The translations under genes were made by a program, and so were the position numbers. A stretch of 63,719 nt of DNA, filler included, from Catajapyx aquilonaris (lineage: Eukaryota), in the NCBI GenBank assembly GCA_000934665.2. It is 2 parts of 2 records of this genome, joined end to end, with 100 filler letters (N's around TTAATTAATTAA, not from the genome) between each part and the next. Parts side by side here need not be neighbours in the genome. Positions count along the whole stretch, not along the records: positions 31,924 to 63,719 come from KZ539155.1; 1 more part is not named here. The stretch is one strand, 5' to 3'. Positions 49,401 through 63,719 of this stretch are shown in pieces; the first letter of the stretch is position 1, and every line of letters begins with the position of its first letter. Under the pieces are notes generated by a model. That model was not told the origin of the DNA. It saw nothing but the letters and a program-made list of their open reading frames with translations, and did no database searches.

Positions 49401-52400
49401 TCTGCGTCTATTGAAGTATTAATGCGTTGAATTGATGCACTGTTAGCGCCTCTTGCCAAATTCTGTAATTTTCAACACATTGTCGGGAAATTTACCTATA
49501 AGCTCGGGAGGGTTAAAAATTTCATAACTGGCCCCCCAAATTTTTTTTGGCCCTTATGTTTGATTAATAACGCAATGTTTTGGAAGTAGCGACTGGAGCA
49601 TCGTAACTCGGAAAATCAAATTACGCGTGCGCGTGTGGAATGCACGCGTGCATACCCAACTTGGTAATTACTAGTCGAGGGTCCAGAACGTACGAGTAGG
49701 ACCCCCCCAAATCAAGTTAGAAAACCCGTTTTTTTTTTGTTTTCTGGGGATGCCGAATTGTGGATTTTGTCCCGCCTTTGATCCGCGTCTCCCGTATGGA
49801 AATCACGTCCCCCTTTTCCGGGTTTTCCAAAAAAAACAAAAACCCGGGGGCCACTCCAATTCCCCCCTCCGGTTGCATACCCTTCTTATAATTGCAGCCC
49901 TCGAGCCCTTTGACATGAAACAACAATGTGTTGTGTGCATAATATGCATGAATGCCCGCAAACTTTTTTTTTCCGGGAGAGGATCGATGTTTGGTTAGGT
50001 TGAGAGAGAGAGACGTTGCGATGTTTGTGGCACGCAGCAGAAGGAACGAACATTCTTCAATATTATATACAGAATGCCTCGCTCATTACAACAAAACTCG
50101 TGCCAAATTAAGGCGGCGGGGAAAACTTTGGCTGCGAAAAATGTCCATTACGACAAAAGGGGAAGGAAAAACCCGTTTAATGCCGGCAACTTCTCAAGGA
50201 TAATTTACAACCAGGCATTAGAATCTGTTATTAAGCAATTTATCACGCGAGGGATATTGCAGAAAGCAGTGCGTAAATAAGATTTTGCGCGCATCTCTCC
50301 CCACTCCCGGAAGTTCTCCTATTTTTTTATAAAAAACCCCCCGGTCTATAAATAAAACCGGCTGCAATCCCAAATTAAAATTCGACCATACACTAGGACA
50401 GTCATCGAATAGTCAATATTTAGACACATGTGCACGGCGTGTATGATCCTGGAACTGGGTAGACCCGTGCAGAGCGAATGGCCTTTGAACTAGTGGGTAA
50501 TTTTTCTGCCATTAAATTTACTTTTCGCCTTTCCCCCCCCCTCCCCCATTTTCCCCCCTCTCCACTCTCCCCACGGGGGGGGGGGGGGGGGGNGCAGCCC
50601 TTGGAAGCCGCGCTTTTTTATTCCGAAGCTTGATATTAATGGGCGCCCTCCCCGTTTGTCAATATTCCGCGTCCGCACATTTAGGACCCCCCAAATGAGG
50701 GGGGCCTAGTTCACGGACCTTCAAGGTGACAAATGCCCAGAGGACGTGCTGTTCCTACGAACCGATCAGTCCGATTCGCAACGTTTCCTTTCCTGTTTTA
50801 ATAATATTCCAAACTCAATTTGCTGCAAATTTTCTGACACGATGTAGGCTGCTGTTTATAAAAATTGCATATTTATCACAGAATACCCATGGCGCATAAA
50901 AATTCATTGCGTGGACAGCGCATGAATATAAAACATCTAGCAGCTAATTTTTCTGTGCGTTACAGTGATTTAAATCCTCATGTAATGTCACAAATTCGAG
51001 CTCGCCCTTTGCACGTTTCCTGCACAAAACAAAATTAAATTCGGCGAGGTCATATAATGCCAAATGTCACCACGGATATCGCCTGACCCAGCCCAAAACG
51101 ACATTATTAATAATAACTATACAATTACCTGGCTTTATTCGCCGGCTGGCCATTTGTGCCTCCCTCGAAACGGCTCATTCATCGCCACTAGCTACGCCGT
51201 GCAATTGCCCAGCGAAATTGTTTCATTATCCGAACTCGTCATGAGATATAACCGCCGACTGACTTTTTCCCCCCCTCACTTATTTTACTCCCTGGAAATG
51301 CTGGCAAAAATTTCTTATCTCGACCTCGGATCGACATGTGAGGGCATTTGTGCTGGTGCTTAGTCGGCCATTACCTATCCTAGACCTGTCAGAAACCTAT
51401 AGTGCGGGGGGTACCTCAGTTGCTACACAACCAGACCATAAAAGGCGTGGGAATTGGCCTTTCGTGCCGGCTCCTTTTCCGCTTTCAATTATTCAAGATC
51501 TTGTTAAGAAGACGTCGAATGGCAGCAGACACACTTCCATTTTTTACCTTACATAGAAAGTAAGCCACCCGATTTCAATTCACGAGGTCTTGCCAAGAAA
51601 AGCCTCAAAAAAAATTTCCTCGTGAGAATCGAGGCGACCTAGGTTTTTCTGGCTAGGTGATTGGTCGGACGGAGTCTTCGGAGGCAACATGGCTGCCGTT
51701 ATGAATCAGCACACGTAGGTTGTGGGTAATAATAATTATTATTATTATTATCCACAACCTACTGAAAACTTACTCTCTGAATCACTTTATTTGTTTTATT
51801 TTATTTTATTATTTTATTTATATTTATATTATAATTTAGCGTTCCTTATAGTATTTATAAATCTCCCCCCCCCCCATCTCCACGTGATGATACAGATATT
51901 TTCGGGGATAAATGTGGGTCATATATTACGCAAATCGTTGTCATTGAGGAAGGGTCTTTCAGCTTGGGGGAAATATAGGAAATGTGTCACACACTATATA
52001 AAGAGATGTTTCATGTGATGCAATAAAATGTTCAGAAAAGAGAGGCTAAACCCACGAATTTAATTACTTCAATTACTTTTCCAGCCTCGCAAATTGGGAC
52101 AACTCTGTGTAATCATCCTGTATGAAGATGTCACTGGGATTATTTCCCCAATATTTTCTTCATATTAGTAACAGAATAATCGCAGTCAGCATTATCACCA
52201 GCAGGAACCACTCTACTTCCTATTCGACGCACCCGAGCTTTCATCGGTTGCTCATCCTTGAACTTAGAAGCATTGCACGTGCAGTACCTATATGTACGCG
52301 GTTGCTGTTGTACGTATTTCAAGGAACCGTACACAACCTACGAGAAGTTTGAAGTTTAGTGACTGGTTCTTCATAACTGATCTGTCTCCGTGTTGCCGTG

Positions 52401-53818
52401 GACCACATTTGAACTTGGGAGTCGACTGGATTCGTGTGATGAGTATCACCCCTTTGATTCGTATTAACCAATGTTAATTACCTGGTATTATTATTGCATT
52501 ATTTCGCCGTGATTGATGACATGTGATTGTGGTCCTTTTCATTATTTCCCCCATTTATTGATCATCTTGATTAAGTCATCTTTGGATTAATTTGTTGGAT
52601 TAATTTGATTACTGTAGTTTTCTTGTGCTATTGCTCAACCTTTTGCTAAGCATACCATGGTGCCTTCTTTTGGGACATTATTTTGTACTAATTCCTGCAT
52701 ATTGCATATTTGAAAATTAAATTGGTGTGCTTTCGAGTTTCGAGTTGGATTACATTGAGCCGATTGCCATTCCCGTTACCTCCTTGCCGGACCCAAGTTG
52801 CATCGGCCCTATTTGCATGCACCAACCTCGTCAGCCTTATCACCAGCATAATTTTCTTTATTGCATTTTTATTATTTTGAAGGCATATCAAACCTCAATA
52901 TTATTTTGAATGAGACCATTGTTAATGTCTATATGGTATGACATCATTACCCATTCTCAAGTACGAACAAATTGTACAAGGTGTAAATCAAACTAAGCAT
53001 TATAAGAGCCAACTTTGCATAACTCCTACATTTTCTTCCACTGCAGCTCTCTGCTATGCCCTTCTTGGCATGTTTTCTATGACTTATTGACAGTGAATCT
53101 GCTATGTGCGATGCTCCAGTATTTTTTACTCCGCGTACATGTCGATGGTGAGCCAAAAACGCTTTTGTTCTTTTTCTAATCCCCCCCCCTCCCTCTCTCT
53201 TCCCCCAGCCCCTCTAAAAAACCAGGTTCCAAGTTTCCCATCCACGCTTCCAGGTTAAATATTCATCAAAAGATTTTAAGCTGCACGTGCAACCTTTCCT
53301 CTCCTCCATGTTTGGAGTTTGCCAGACCGAAATTCACAGTTCTTGCACTACGACTAGCAAACTCGGTGTTTGATGATTGGGCTCGGTGATCAAAAGCGAG
53401 GGGAGTCCTATTAGCAGAGATTCCGCCCACTGCGTTAATTAGCTCATTCATTATTAAACTTCCCATGATTTCTAGATCTCCGAGCATTGTTGCGGATTAT
53501 TGTTTTTTTTAAGCGTGCTTATAGCTGGATGGGTGTGTACGGTATATAAAAAAAAATCGAATCCGATTTGCATTTTCCGGTTAGGCCATTTCTTTTGGCG
53601 TTTTACAAGACATGTTGGTCTGCAGCCATTATTGGGTTTGCCATCATGTAGCACGGAAACCCATTTCCTCCGGTTCCTGTGGAAAACGCCGACTGTGCCT
53701 CATAAAAAGAAGAAAAGCGCTCCTCTCCTTGAGGATTGTGCCAGTCGCCGTAATTATGTTACGCACGTGCGCTACGCTCTTTCAAAAAAACGAGGGCCAT
53801 AAGCTGTTCCCCCCCCCC

Positions 53819-53917
53819 NNNNNNNNNNNNNNNNNNNNNNNNNNNNNNNNNNNNNNNNNNNNNNNNNNNNNNNNNNNNNNNNNNNNNNNNNNNNNNNNNN
53901 NNNNNNNNNNNNNNNNN
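53819..53917. other. Assembly gap
   Basis: ~100-bp N-run. Confidence 0.97.
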
Positions 53918-56900
53918 TTTTAAGTGGTTCCCCCCCCCCCCCTGGAAACAAATGCCCAAACCAATTGAGTTGGCCACGTGTCCGCTCCCTAACAAAGGAT
54001 CCGGGGCGTAATAATCAGACTACTTGCACGTGTCTCTCTCCAGCACACCCTGATATATATTTTTGACGGCCCTCGAGCAGAACCCTTTGAAACCCGACCA
54101 TATAAAAGAGAGAGAGCGCTCCGAAAGAAATGAATAGCAACTTGTGGGAAATTTTTTAGTCTCCCACCCACCATTCTCCTACCCTCTCCCCCGCCACAAA
54201 TGCCCCCACTTGGTTCCCCGCACTTGTGCATATATGTATTTCCACTCCGGGAGCTTATACACGGGGCTTTTTATCAGGACCCAAAGCGGACGTGACTCCA
54301 TTGTGGCAGCCACTTTACAGCCGAAATCGGATGAGTTCAGAATATGTAATCCGGGGGAGAGGGTTGGGGGTGGAGGGGGGGGGGGGCTGAAGTTACGGGC
54401 AAGGGATAGGATAATGCAGCGGACACGTCATGTGCTCGAAATAAGTACAGAGTGTATTAAAACACTCAACTGAGCAGCTTTCAGAGAGTACCACAGAGGG
54501 GCTTTAGGCGATCTGGCGTGAAACTCCACCAAATTCCGACAACCGGAGGCAATGATGTGGGAATACAAACTCTCGCAGTTTGAGGATAGATCTTTTTTTT
54601 CCCCCACTATTGACAGATTGAGCTTATAGTCAGGAACTGAGAGACATAACTGTGCGAAAAACTGAGTCCTACTTTATCATCTAAGCTGGTCAGGTTTGCC
54701 TCATACATATTCTTGTAGGCTATCACAACGTATAGCATTATAGGCCTGTTCATTTGCAGAATATTATTCATCAAATAAATTTTTGTCACTCCGTCGTCAA
54801 AGTATGATGAAAAGCACTCGACACATCAACTCCAGAAGGTCTTCAAAGGTATATGCTTAACCTTTTGTGGTCTGATTTTCTCTTTAGAAAAGGACGAGGG
54901 AGGAACGTAGAGTGCATAGTATTTGAATATTTATAACATACCTTATTTATCATTCACATCTGGAGTGTGAGTTGTTTAGTTGCATCCTTTTTAATCACCT
55001 AACCTGCTTATTTTTAAATACTTTCCAACAGCTAATTTTAGAGCCTATTGTTAGTATAGAAGCCTCTGGATATGGACGTATTCGTTCAAGGTCGGAAATT
55101 CTGCATTTTGCTTTGTTGCTAAGGGTGAGTGAACTTCGAATACGTCTACATCATATGAATTATTTGTATAAACGTCTGTAAAATATTTACTCTTGGCTGC
55201 ATGGTATAGTGCACGCCACATGCGTCCAATATGTTGAAGTTTTTTTTGTTGCAAATAATGCATATTCGAGGGGAAGAAAAGGTGCTCTGGTTAATTGCCT
55301 AAATTTTAAAATACCAATTGAATTTTTAAATGTGCGGTTCGTCTCCGGCACAATGCACCCTTAAGTATTATGTAACATTAACAGGGTTTTGGGCTGATGA
55401 ATCGAGTGACGTCACAGACTTAAGCTCTGATTGAAGGAGACATTTTTGCATGATGAGCCGCCAACAATCATTACTGACAAAGTAACATACGCACGCCATG
55501 AATGCGGCCAATTACTTGATCCCGGGTGATGCCTTCCGTGCACTTATTTGCATTTGAAATTAAAGAATAATTAATTTTAAATTGCTAGTTTTCCATAATT
55601 GAATCAGCAGCCGAATAACCGCGTCACAAAACTCATTAAACGGAGCGCCTACTGTAGCAAATTGCGCCTACGTCAGTGTAATGAACGCAATAACTTCTCA
55701 TTAACCTTTTCTGACGCCCAGACAGAAAAGAATTCATTCCAGTCAATACATGAACGACACCGGTATATTATTACCCTGTTGCTCGACATGCTCGCATTCT
55801 CCAACTAGTTTCCACCAAAATAACTTTGAAGCTTTATGCTCCCCCCAGAGCAACAAAAAAACTGCCTCCACATACCGCTTCCTTGACTCCACAAAAAAAG
55901 AGTCACAAAGCAAATAAACATGCTATTAATCACTCAAACTCTGTTTTTCCTTCTACTACGCTGCACGGTATAGCATTTTAGGCCCGGAAGGTGAGCAGAC
56001 ATGACACTCAATTAAATAGGGAAAAAATGGCCCAGACTGACACACCCTACCTGAACATTTTGGAAAGGAAAGGCTCAAAAAAGTAGGTCGCTTTTGCTTC
56101 ATTATATCTCTTCAAATAAGAATTAACAGCCCAACAATTACTTGACAACAAAGGCTTATCCTATAATCCAAAACATGCAGAAAAAAACTGTATCGAGTAT
56201 TTCGTAATGAATTGAAGTACAGCAAACAAGTCCAGGATGGAACTTTGCATATTGAATTAATTTCAATAAAGTCGAGTAATGCAATCAAGCGCCCCCCCCC
56301 CTCTCTTTTTTCCTGGGGGTAAAAAGGACCGGGATGCTAATTGGAAAGGCCTCCTTCATGAAGCGCACCACATAAGACGTGCCTTGGAGAAAATATTGAA
56401 GTTACTAATGAAGTCGGTTACGCCTGTAAATTGCCCTCTTCAAGTCCGCTCTCCTTGTAATATGAGCAGCCCGCCCCAAGGAAACTTCATTACTACAGAT
56501 TCGAATAGCTGTTATTTTTGATCACGAAAAAGGTGACCCATCTTTGGCTAGTTCATCCTCCCCCTGTGTTTATAGCTTCATTCCACGACTCTCTGGATAA
56601 TTTTGAGTCCGACCAAATGGTTTGAATTGGCACTTGGCATGGCCCGTGTGTAGGGTTTGTCCGCCTTCGTGTCATGCCCGACCATTACGAGCCACTGCTT
56701 CAAAATTTATCGAGGTTGTCTCGTGCCATTAGCTCACTGCTTGGAACTGTGTGGCCATGATAACCATCTCAACCTATAGTAACAGAAACTAGGAAAAAAA
56801 AGCATTTAAGGGGCGGGAATCTCACGCACATTTTTCAAGTGCACTCAGGATGAAATTGTGCCGACATCCAGTGGCTAATATTTTATCCCAGAAACATATG

Positions 56901-59900
56901 TAAAAATTGTAATTGTTGACCGGTTGCTGCCAGGGAACAATTTCTTCTTGGGCCCAACTTTTTTTTCCAGTCCTCTCCTTTCAGAGGCAGGGGGGATAAG
57001 TGTGGCTTTTGGTTTTAGATATAGTACAGAGAGAAAAAAAGGAGGGTCTGCCGAATCAGCAGCCCCCCTGGTATTGACAAGCAGGGGGCTCTTGTGGGCC
57101 TTCGGACGAGTGCTTTATACGCTGACAAGCCCCTTCACCCACTGCGATTACCTCCCGATTGTTCGGCGTCAAGTTGCAGCCGCTCTTCCATTAATTTGTC
57201 ATGAACGCTCTCCCGCTGAGCAAACACGTGCCAGACCTGACGTACGGCTCGGAAGAAATCCAAGTAATCATGACTAGAAAACTAACTGACAGGGGGATTG
57301 GACCTACCCGAAAACGGCCCTGTTTTTGCAAATTCAAACAATCAAGATCGCAAAAAAAAGAGTGGAATCAAATCAAACTTTCACTATCAATATAATGTGA
57401 CATGCTATGCGATTAGTGTGCGGTGGGAACTGAACTAATTTCTGCCAAACATTTTCTGCGGTTATGCCTGGCAGAGAGAGAGAGAAAAAAAAGGCGGAAA
57501 TCAAACAGTTTATCAGAATTAGATAATTCGGTTTTGTTGAGGTTCGGCCTGCAATCAGTAACGCGAATGTCCAACAAACGGGAGCAGATTATGTTGTATT
57601 ATTTTCGCTGCACGTACAACCGCGAATAAAATAATTATCGCTTATCAACAAACGGTCGGGGCAGCCCTGCAGGTAGCCTTGCCAAATAATTTACGGTTAA
57701 TTGCGTTAACAAATGCAGGGGGGGCTCAGTAGGCTCATGCTGCATGCACAAGTGCGTAAAAGCTGCATAAATATTTTAATAATAAACTGCGCTGACCCAC
57801 ATGCAAATCTACGCGAGTCGCAGCCTTTTATACTAAAAGGGGGGGAATCTAAAAATGCAAATCGAAAGCAGCACAGGGCAATAACACATCGGCTCCAAAG
57901 TCACCCGAGAATTATATTGCAATCAGGTCCAATTGCATCCCGGTACAGCCATTAAAAGCAGCTCTGTGAGCACATAACGAGCCCTGATTGACTTATTGCG
58001 ATCAAGGTACTAATTGGAATTTCAAACCATAAGCCACGCTGTAGGTCACGGATCGTTACAATGTCGTTATGAAGCATCATCAGGGTTGGCTCACATATTG
58101 CCTTATATACAAAAGCTGGACTGAGCAGTGCTGGAAATGTACAGGGTGTGCACAGTGCTTGAACAGCTTTTTTCCTGAATTTCTTAATTTTTTTAATAAA
58201 TGTGGAACACCCTATATATTTTGGGGTCAGACCAAATTTGTTAGTGTTTATCTCCAGACTACATGTGGCAACATGTTGTGTCCCGCTTTTTTTTATCAGG
58301 TAGGCCTGATGGTATAGTGCTGCCAGGATACATTTTCCCCCTCCTGGGCCATAACCTGGTTTACTACGTCCTAAAATAACAGGTGGGGATGGACTGATTC
58401 GGCTCATATGGTCCAGACCATTAATTCCTAAGGAGCTGGCTGCCGGCCCCTGGCAGTAAAGCTCTAGGGGTAAAGAGTAGCTCCGGAAACTTATCTGGCC
58501 ACACTGAGTCCCCCAAGGGATCCTACCCGTGGGATTATCACCCCTTACACAGTTCCTCCTCCTCCTCCCTTCCCTCGATCCCCTTATAGAAGTCGTTCTG
58601 CCACTAATATCCGGATAATGCGATTATGGAAGAAGGTTGGGGAAAAAAAAGACCGAGCTGCAAAGACCTTTCTTCAGGTGAACAAGTTTGCTCTAACTAA
58701 CGCTCAGCTAACATAAACTCTGCCAGTGCGTGATAAAATTAATTTGACAACGGATTTAACTCTGGCTGCACTCTCTGTTGCAAACATATCACAATTCTCG
58801 ACCTATATATTCCTTGTAATATGATGCACCAGTCTATCTATAGTCGCATTACCTGAAGGATCGCTTGACATATCCGGTGTCACAAATGTAGTGTTAAGAC
58901 CAGCATCCAGTACCGGCTGCCAAAAAACCCCTAGGCCTAAACCTAATCTAGGGTGTACAAGTACAAGGGGTATAGATCAGTGCTGCCTCTGCAAAGCTGC
59001 AAATATACAAGTTGCGGCGGCGCAAGCCAGGTGGCAATCCAATTAGCCCGAGGCCAGGGCAACCCAAAAGCTGCGTTGAGGGACCCACGGTCGGAACCTC
59101 ACATTCTGCAAAATTAACCCTGCGTATCCTCACAAAAACACGGGTGGGCTAATACAAACACCATCGGATGGAGGGGGGACGCACCAAACAACTATAGGGG
59201 GAGATATTTTCTGCAACATCGATTGGCCTAACTTTGTGTCCCCCTCCAGTGTCAGTGGAATGAATCCCAGATAAATGGTTATGCGAATAAAGAGAATTGA
59301 TTTTGCAAACTTGTATACACACACTGCGCGCTTTTCATGTGCTTAGGATTTATACCCAGTTTAAACAGCAAAAGAGAGGGAATAAAAATTGGTGGCTTGT
59401 GTGCATATCGGCATGTTTTTTTTAAAAAAAGCTGGATTGAAGAGCGTCACATGCAATGTAGCAGGGCTAACCGGATTACTTCCTCTTCTGCAAATCGCAC
59501 ACGGTTTATTTTCCTTTTCGGCTCCATGCACAACGACTATTATTACGGGGCAAGTGTGCCATAGGAGAGAAGATAAAGCCCATTAGGCGGCCCGCAAAGA
59601 CAGCTAATTATCAGCGCAATGGCCATTGGGCAACAATCAATGTGGGATTGTTGCTAACGAGATGTCCCGGTGGCGTCACTTTCTGCAAACAAACAAACAA
59701 AAAAAAACTCTGGGGAGAAAATGTATAGAATGTCTTTCGGTCGGTTGATCTCAGATGGTTCTGTGGACTCGTCCGTGCAAAAAAGGAAATGGTTTCTTTG
59801 CAGCCAAATTACCTCCATTGCATGAAACGTCGCAGATGGCATGCAGGTCGTTTGTCAAGCAAAATATGATGAGGCTTTGGTCCAACAACTCCCTCTCTCT

Positions 59901-62900
59901 CTCGTGATTTTTTTTTTTGTTCCCTCCCTGGTTGTAGCAGAAAATTTGTGCGCCATTGAGTCAAAAATCATAACGCACAAATCCAATAAAAAAGCAGGGA
60001 AGGTATCTTCTGCACGAACTCCTCTCGTCTCATACATTTTGATAGGAATAGTTTCACTTTTCCATCCTGTGCATATATAATATCAAAATACTCTGAAACG
60101 TTGTCCAGATAATGATGTCAAATTGATTAATACGTGCAACTTAATGTAAGATACGTCTAGTATTTTTTTTCAACTCTTGGTTGCTCTATAGTAAACAATC
60201 TTGAACTTATGGACTTTGGCAGTGCAGTCGAGTGCATCACTCTGTAAAATAAACTTCTTTGTCCTTATACTAGTCCCAGGTAAACTTCTCAGACCTATCG
60301 TTTTGCCCTGGATTTGTAAGTGTCGCTTCAGGAACAATTTAAAACCCGCATTTAAGGACCTTCTACCCCTCAAAGTGAAAGGACAAGAAATTGGCTTTCA
60401 GGTCTCACCAAAGATCATTTGGAGACTCTCCTTATCTCTTTGCCAAAGGTTGATCTTTGCGGCATTCATCTTCCAGGCAGTATAATTGGAAAAGGCCCGG
60501 GTCCGGTCCCTTTCCTCCCCCCCCCCCTCCCAAACTTTAGCTCTGGGAGTCAAAATCACCAATGTAACTAAAATCGCCAATCAATAAACCTCCATCCACT
60601 TGGGAGATTTCTCAGCCTTGTTATTTGACTGCACCAGACCTGTGCAATTAGGTACGAATTTAATGCCTTTTCCCCACCACTTAACTCCCGTTTATAAATG
60701 GACTCGACGGCTGTAAAAACCTGTCCTGAACTTGCAACTTAAAAATATTTCTGAATAATTTGTATGGTGATAATAGTGAACACTGTTCTATTGAAAAGCA
60801 GCAGTGAATTTTTTCCATTTTTGTAACACCCTGTGAGAAATGGCTTCCCTCGAAAAAATTAGGGTTAGGTCAAGAGTTGCAAACGGCTAATCCCGTCTCT
60901 TAATGCAATTCAAACTTGGGTTGGTGAGCTTTAACTTTTTCCAGCGTCTTGGGATTTCGGGTAGAAAGACTTACGAGCCCGAGGTCTGTCTTTGGGGAGG
61001 TCCCGAGCCCTGCATTTTGCTGCTTTGAGGCTCCTGATGCAATTACGCTCTTTCCGGGAGTACTTATAAGGGAAAAAGCCTAAGAAAACACACCTGTACC
61101 GAAAATCCGACCCGAATCTTTTTAATTGGCCAAAAGCCCATTTTCCAGACCCACATTTTTCACCTCCGCCTGCTGCTTATTCCCTTCTTTTTCATGTTTT
61201 TCCCCGCATCCTCCTACCGCAATTTCTTCGCTGTGACAATTGGCCTACCTTTTTTTTCCGTGGGGGGAAATTACAACTCATAATTCATTTCCGTTTGTGA
61301 AGTCGCAGACAGAGCAGCTACTCAATAGCCCGAGAGGAACGGGGTAGAGAGAGAGAGAAAAAAATGGAGGGGCCTAGGCACATATCTCGTGTTGGCGACT
61401 GCGGGATAACTTTTCATTTGTCTTTGTCTCCTTGCCCTAGCCGTCTAATTCTTCTTGCATAAAGTCTACAATATTTTTTCTACACTTTTAGCACAAGTTT
61501 TGCTCTCATTTTTTTTTAAAGGGAAGAAAGAATTCTAATCACGCTGCGGTTTTGATTGATATGGAATCTGCTGCTGTTCGGTGTTGACGCCTGAGGCAGT
61601 AATAATATTATCTTGCCAAACGAGCGTAGTTTTCTTGGATTGTACAAATAAGCATTGAAGCAGCCTCCTTTTGAAACAATCTAGGCATATGCAAAGTTCG
61701 TGTAATAGAAAAAATAAGGTCGATTGAGATAGGATAATGAAGCGAGCTATTGCCGGAAGCTTCTGCTGATTTGCATATAAATTTCTTGATTGAATGTTAA
61801 TATTCCGCTAAGGCAACTGGTATAATTAGGCTCCACTGTATTAGTCTAGTTCCACAGCGTTACAAACATCTGTTAGTTACTACTGTAGCACATTATTTAG
61901 GATTCTGCAAAAAAAAATCGAGGAAACACCTTTTATTTAAGTGGTCTGCTTGCAGTAATATACTTAGGGGAACGGCTGGTCTGATTATTTGCGAAATTAA
62001 TTTTTAAAGAGTCCCTACAGTTTGTGAATTTGACATTACAGAGAGTTGAGCCTGCAACTTACCGCATGCCTTCAGGCCTCGGAATAATGCTACATTTCCA
62101 TACTGCCGCACATTGCAGCGGTTACTGAATAACTTGCAAGATACATAGCATGCCCACATCAAACATGGGCTGCACACACACAGTGGAAAGGTGACGTTAG
62201 TTCAAGGTCACAGTACTGTACAGTATGCTTTTTTTTAAAAAAAAATAGCCTAGAATCCGGTCTCTAGAGCGCAATTTGGCGAGCTCCAAAAACCCATTTC
62301 GCGATTACTCCAAAATGCCTGTGCACACGCCTGAGCAGACTTTGCAAGTTTCCTCCCAGCAATTTGGGTGACCTCAAAACCGCAAGGACAGCTTATGCCA
62401 GCAAACCAGATGAGCCTCGTGGGGGTAGGCTACATTCGAGTTGACATTTTGTGTGTGTGTGTGTGTGTCTCTCGCCGTTTCTTCTTGCATCCCCTTAAGC
62501 AGATTTATTCCTTGACCAGCGCAAAACAACCTCGCATGAATTCGGAAACAGGTTTAAGCGCGTAAGGACCCCGTCACGTGCCTGTGTCCGTATGTGTCGC
62601 CCCGGAATCCGGAGAAGGGGGATCCGGGATTTGTAAACCATTACTTTGATGAATCCCTGGCCCCAGGTCCCTTGCCAGCTACAAATTTTGGGTCCGCAGT
62701 GCGAAATCTTATTTCCATGGCTGTCAAAGAAAATCTCTCCCCGGAGTGACGGTAGCCTCCGGGTATACGGAGGTTTTGAAAATGAAAATAAAGTGCCGAT
62801 GGATGGCGCCACCTACTCACTCCGGGAGCCAGACCCCACGTTGCCTTTTATTCCGGTTATCTCTGAAACCTATATCCCTGGCGCGACTTTCCCACCCCTA

Positions 62901-63719
62901 GTGACATACGCTGAAATTTTCAGATATTACATTAAGGAACCGGAGGAATCGCGCCTTCCGCCCCCCCTCTTCGTCTGGGCCTAACCGTTCTTTGAATTTA
63001 AATTGCCTGCCTTCCACATTCCCCTGGATGTGCGTATTCATGAGCTTCCTTCTCTCTTACGGTTCTTCACGTTTTCTGGAGGACCCCCCCTTTTTTTCTT
63101 CTTCTTCTTCTTCAAGATGCTGCTTGGCTGGGAGACGCGGGATATCTTGATTATGGTACGTGACGTAAATTGCATCGGGACAAGTCGGCCCTTGTAATTC
63201 AAGCCCATTATCATTTTCTTGTTGAGCCAAATGTGATGGTCCTTTACTGGAATCAAAAAAATGCTTTCTTGTGATTCTCAAAAAAAATTGACCTGCAGCC
63301 CAAATCAGTACAAAAGCCGATCTATCAATTCCAATTTTCTGCGCCTGAAGGTCAGGTTCTAGAAATCTTGTTAATTAGTGGAGAAGGCGTGCTCGTGATT
63401 TTAATTGATGTTCACGTGTTGGCTGTAGTTACTGCTAATCCGCATCTCACCTTGTATATTCCCCACCTATCAACGCACGTTTGCCCCCGCCGCTCTGAAA
63501 ACTGTAACAATTATCCGGAATGCGTGACTGAACGAGACGTGTCTCGCATCTTGATACGACACACACGAAGCCAATATTTTTGTGAAACTATCGATAAAAT
63601 GTCAGTCAGATCAAAACCCATCAGTTGTGATACATTGTGATTGAGCCAGAGTAGCCATTTAGAATTATTAAACATGCCTAACATTAAACTCCAAAATATA
63701 ATTAAGGCAGAACAAAATT

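Noticed and set aside
33150..63640. Short ORFs in the right half (e.g. 57952..58407, 62646..62984)
   Set aside because: No recognisable motifs, homopolymer-derived residues, lengths expected by chance.

Overview
Eukaryotic (animal, probably invertebrate) genomic DNA in two very different halves, joined by an assembly gap with an artificial TTAATTAATTAA linker (31824-31923). The left ~31.8 kb is a dense patchwork of degraded transposon pieces: PIF/Harbinger (transposase + MADF/BESS), a Helentron-type Helitron (OTU protease + Pif1 helicase), a canonical Helitron with its 3' end, Gypsy, Sola-like, Kolobok-like, piggyBac, MULE, a tyrosine-recombinase-like protein, a HECT fragment, SINE/LINE bits and several MITEs. 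Almost all coding pieces lie on the + strand. The most unusual signal is a recurrent class of 27-45 bp micro-inversions with 1-5 bp inverted microhomology at their ends. Four separate the two arms of a long inverted duplication (1-1156 vs 12672-14730) and at least two more sit in the Helentron ORF. Also notable are a Harbinger element whose two genes are interleaved in each other's introns, and a TIR-less fragment flanked by a 41-bp duplication. The right ~31.8 kb is non-coding, with one foldback element and no credible gene. Family assignments come from motif recognition by eye, not database searches.
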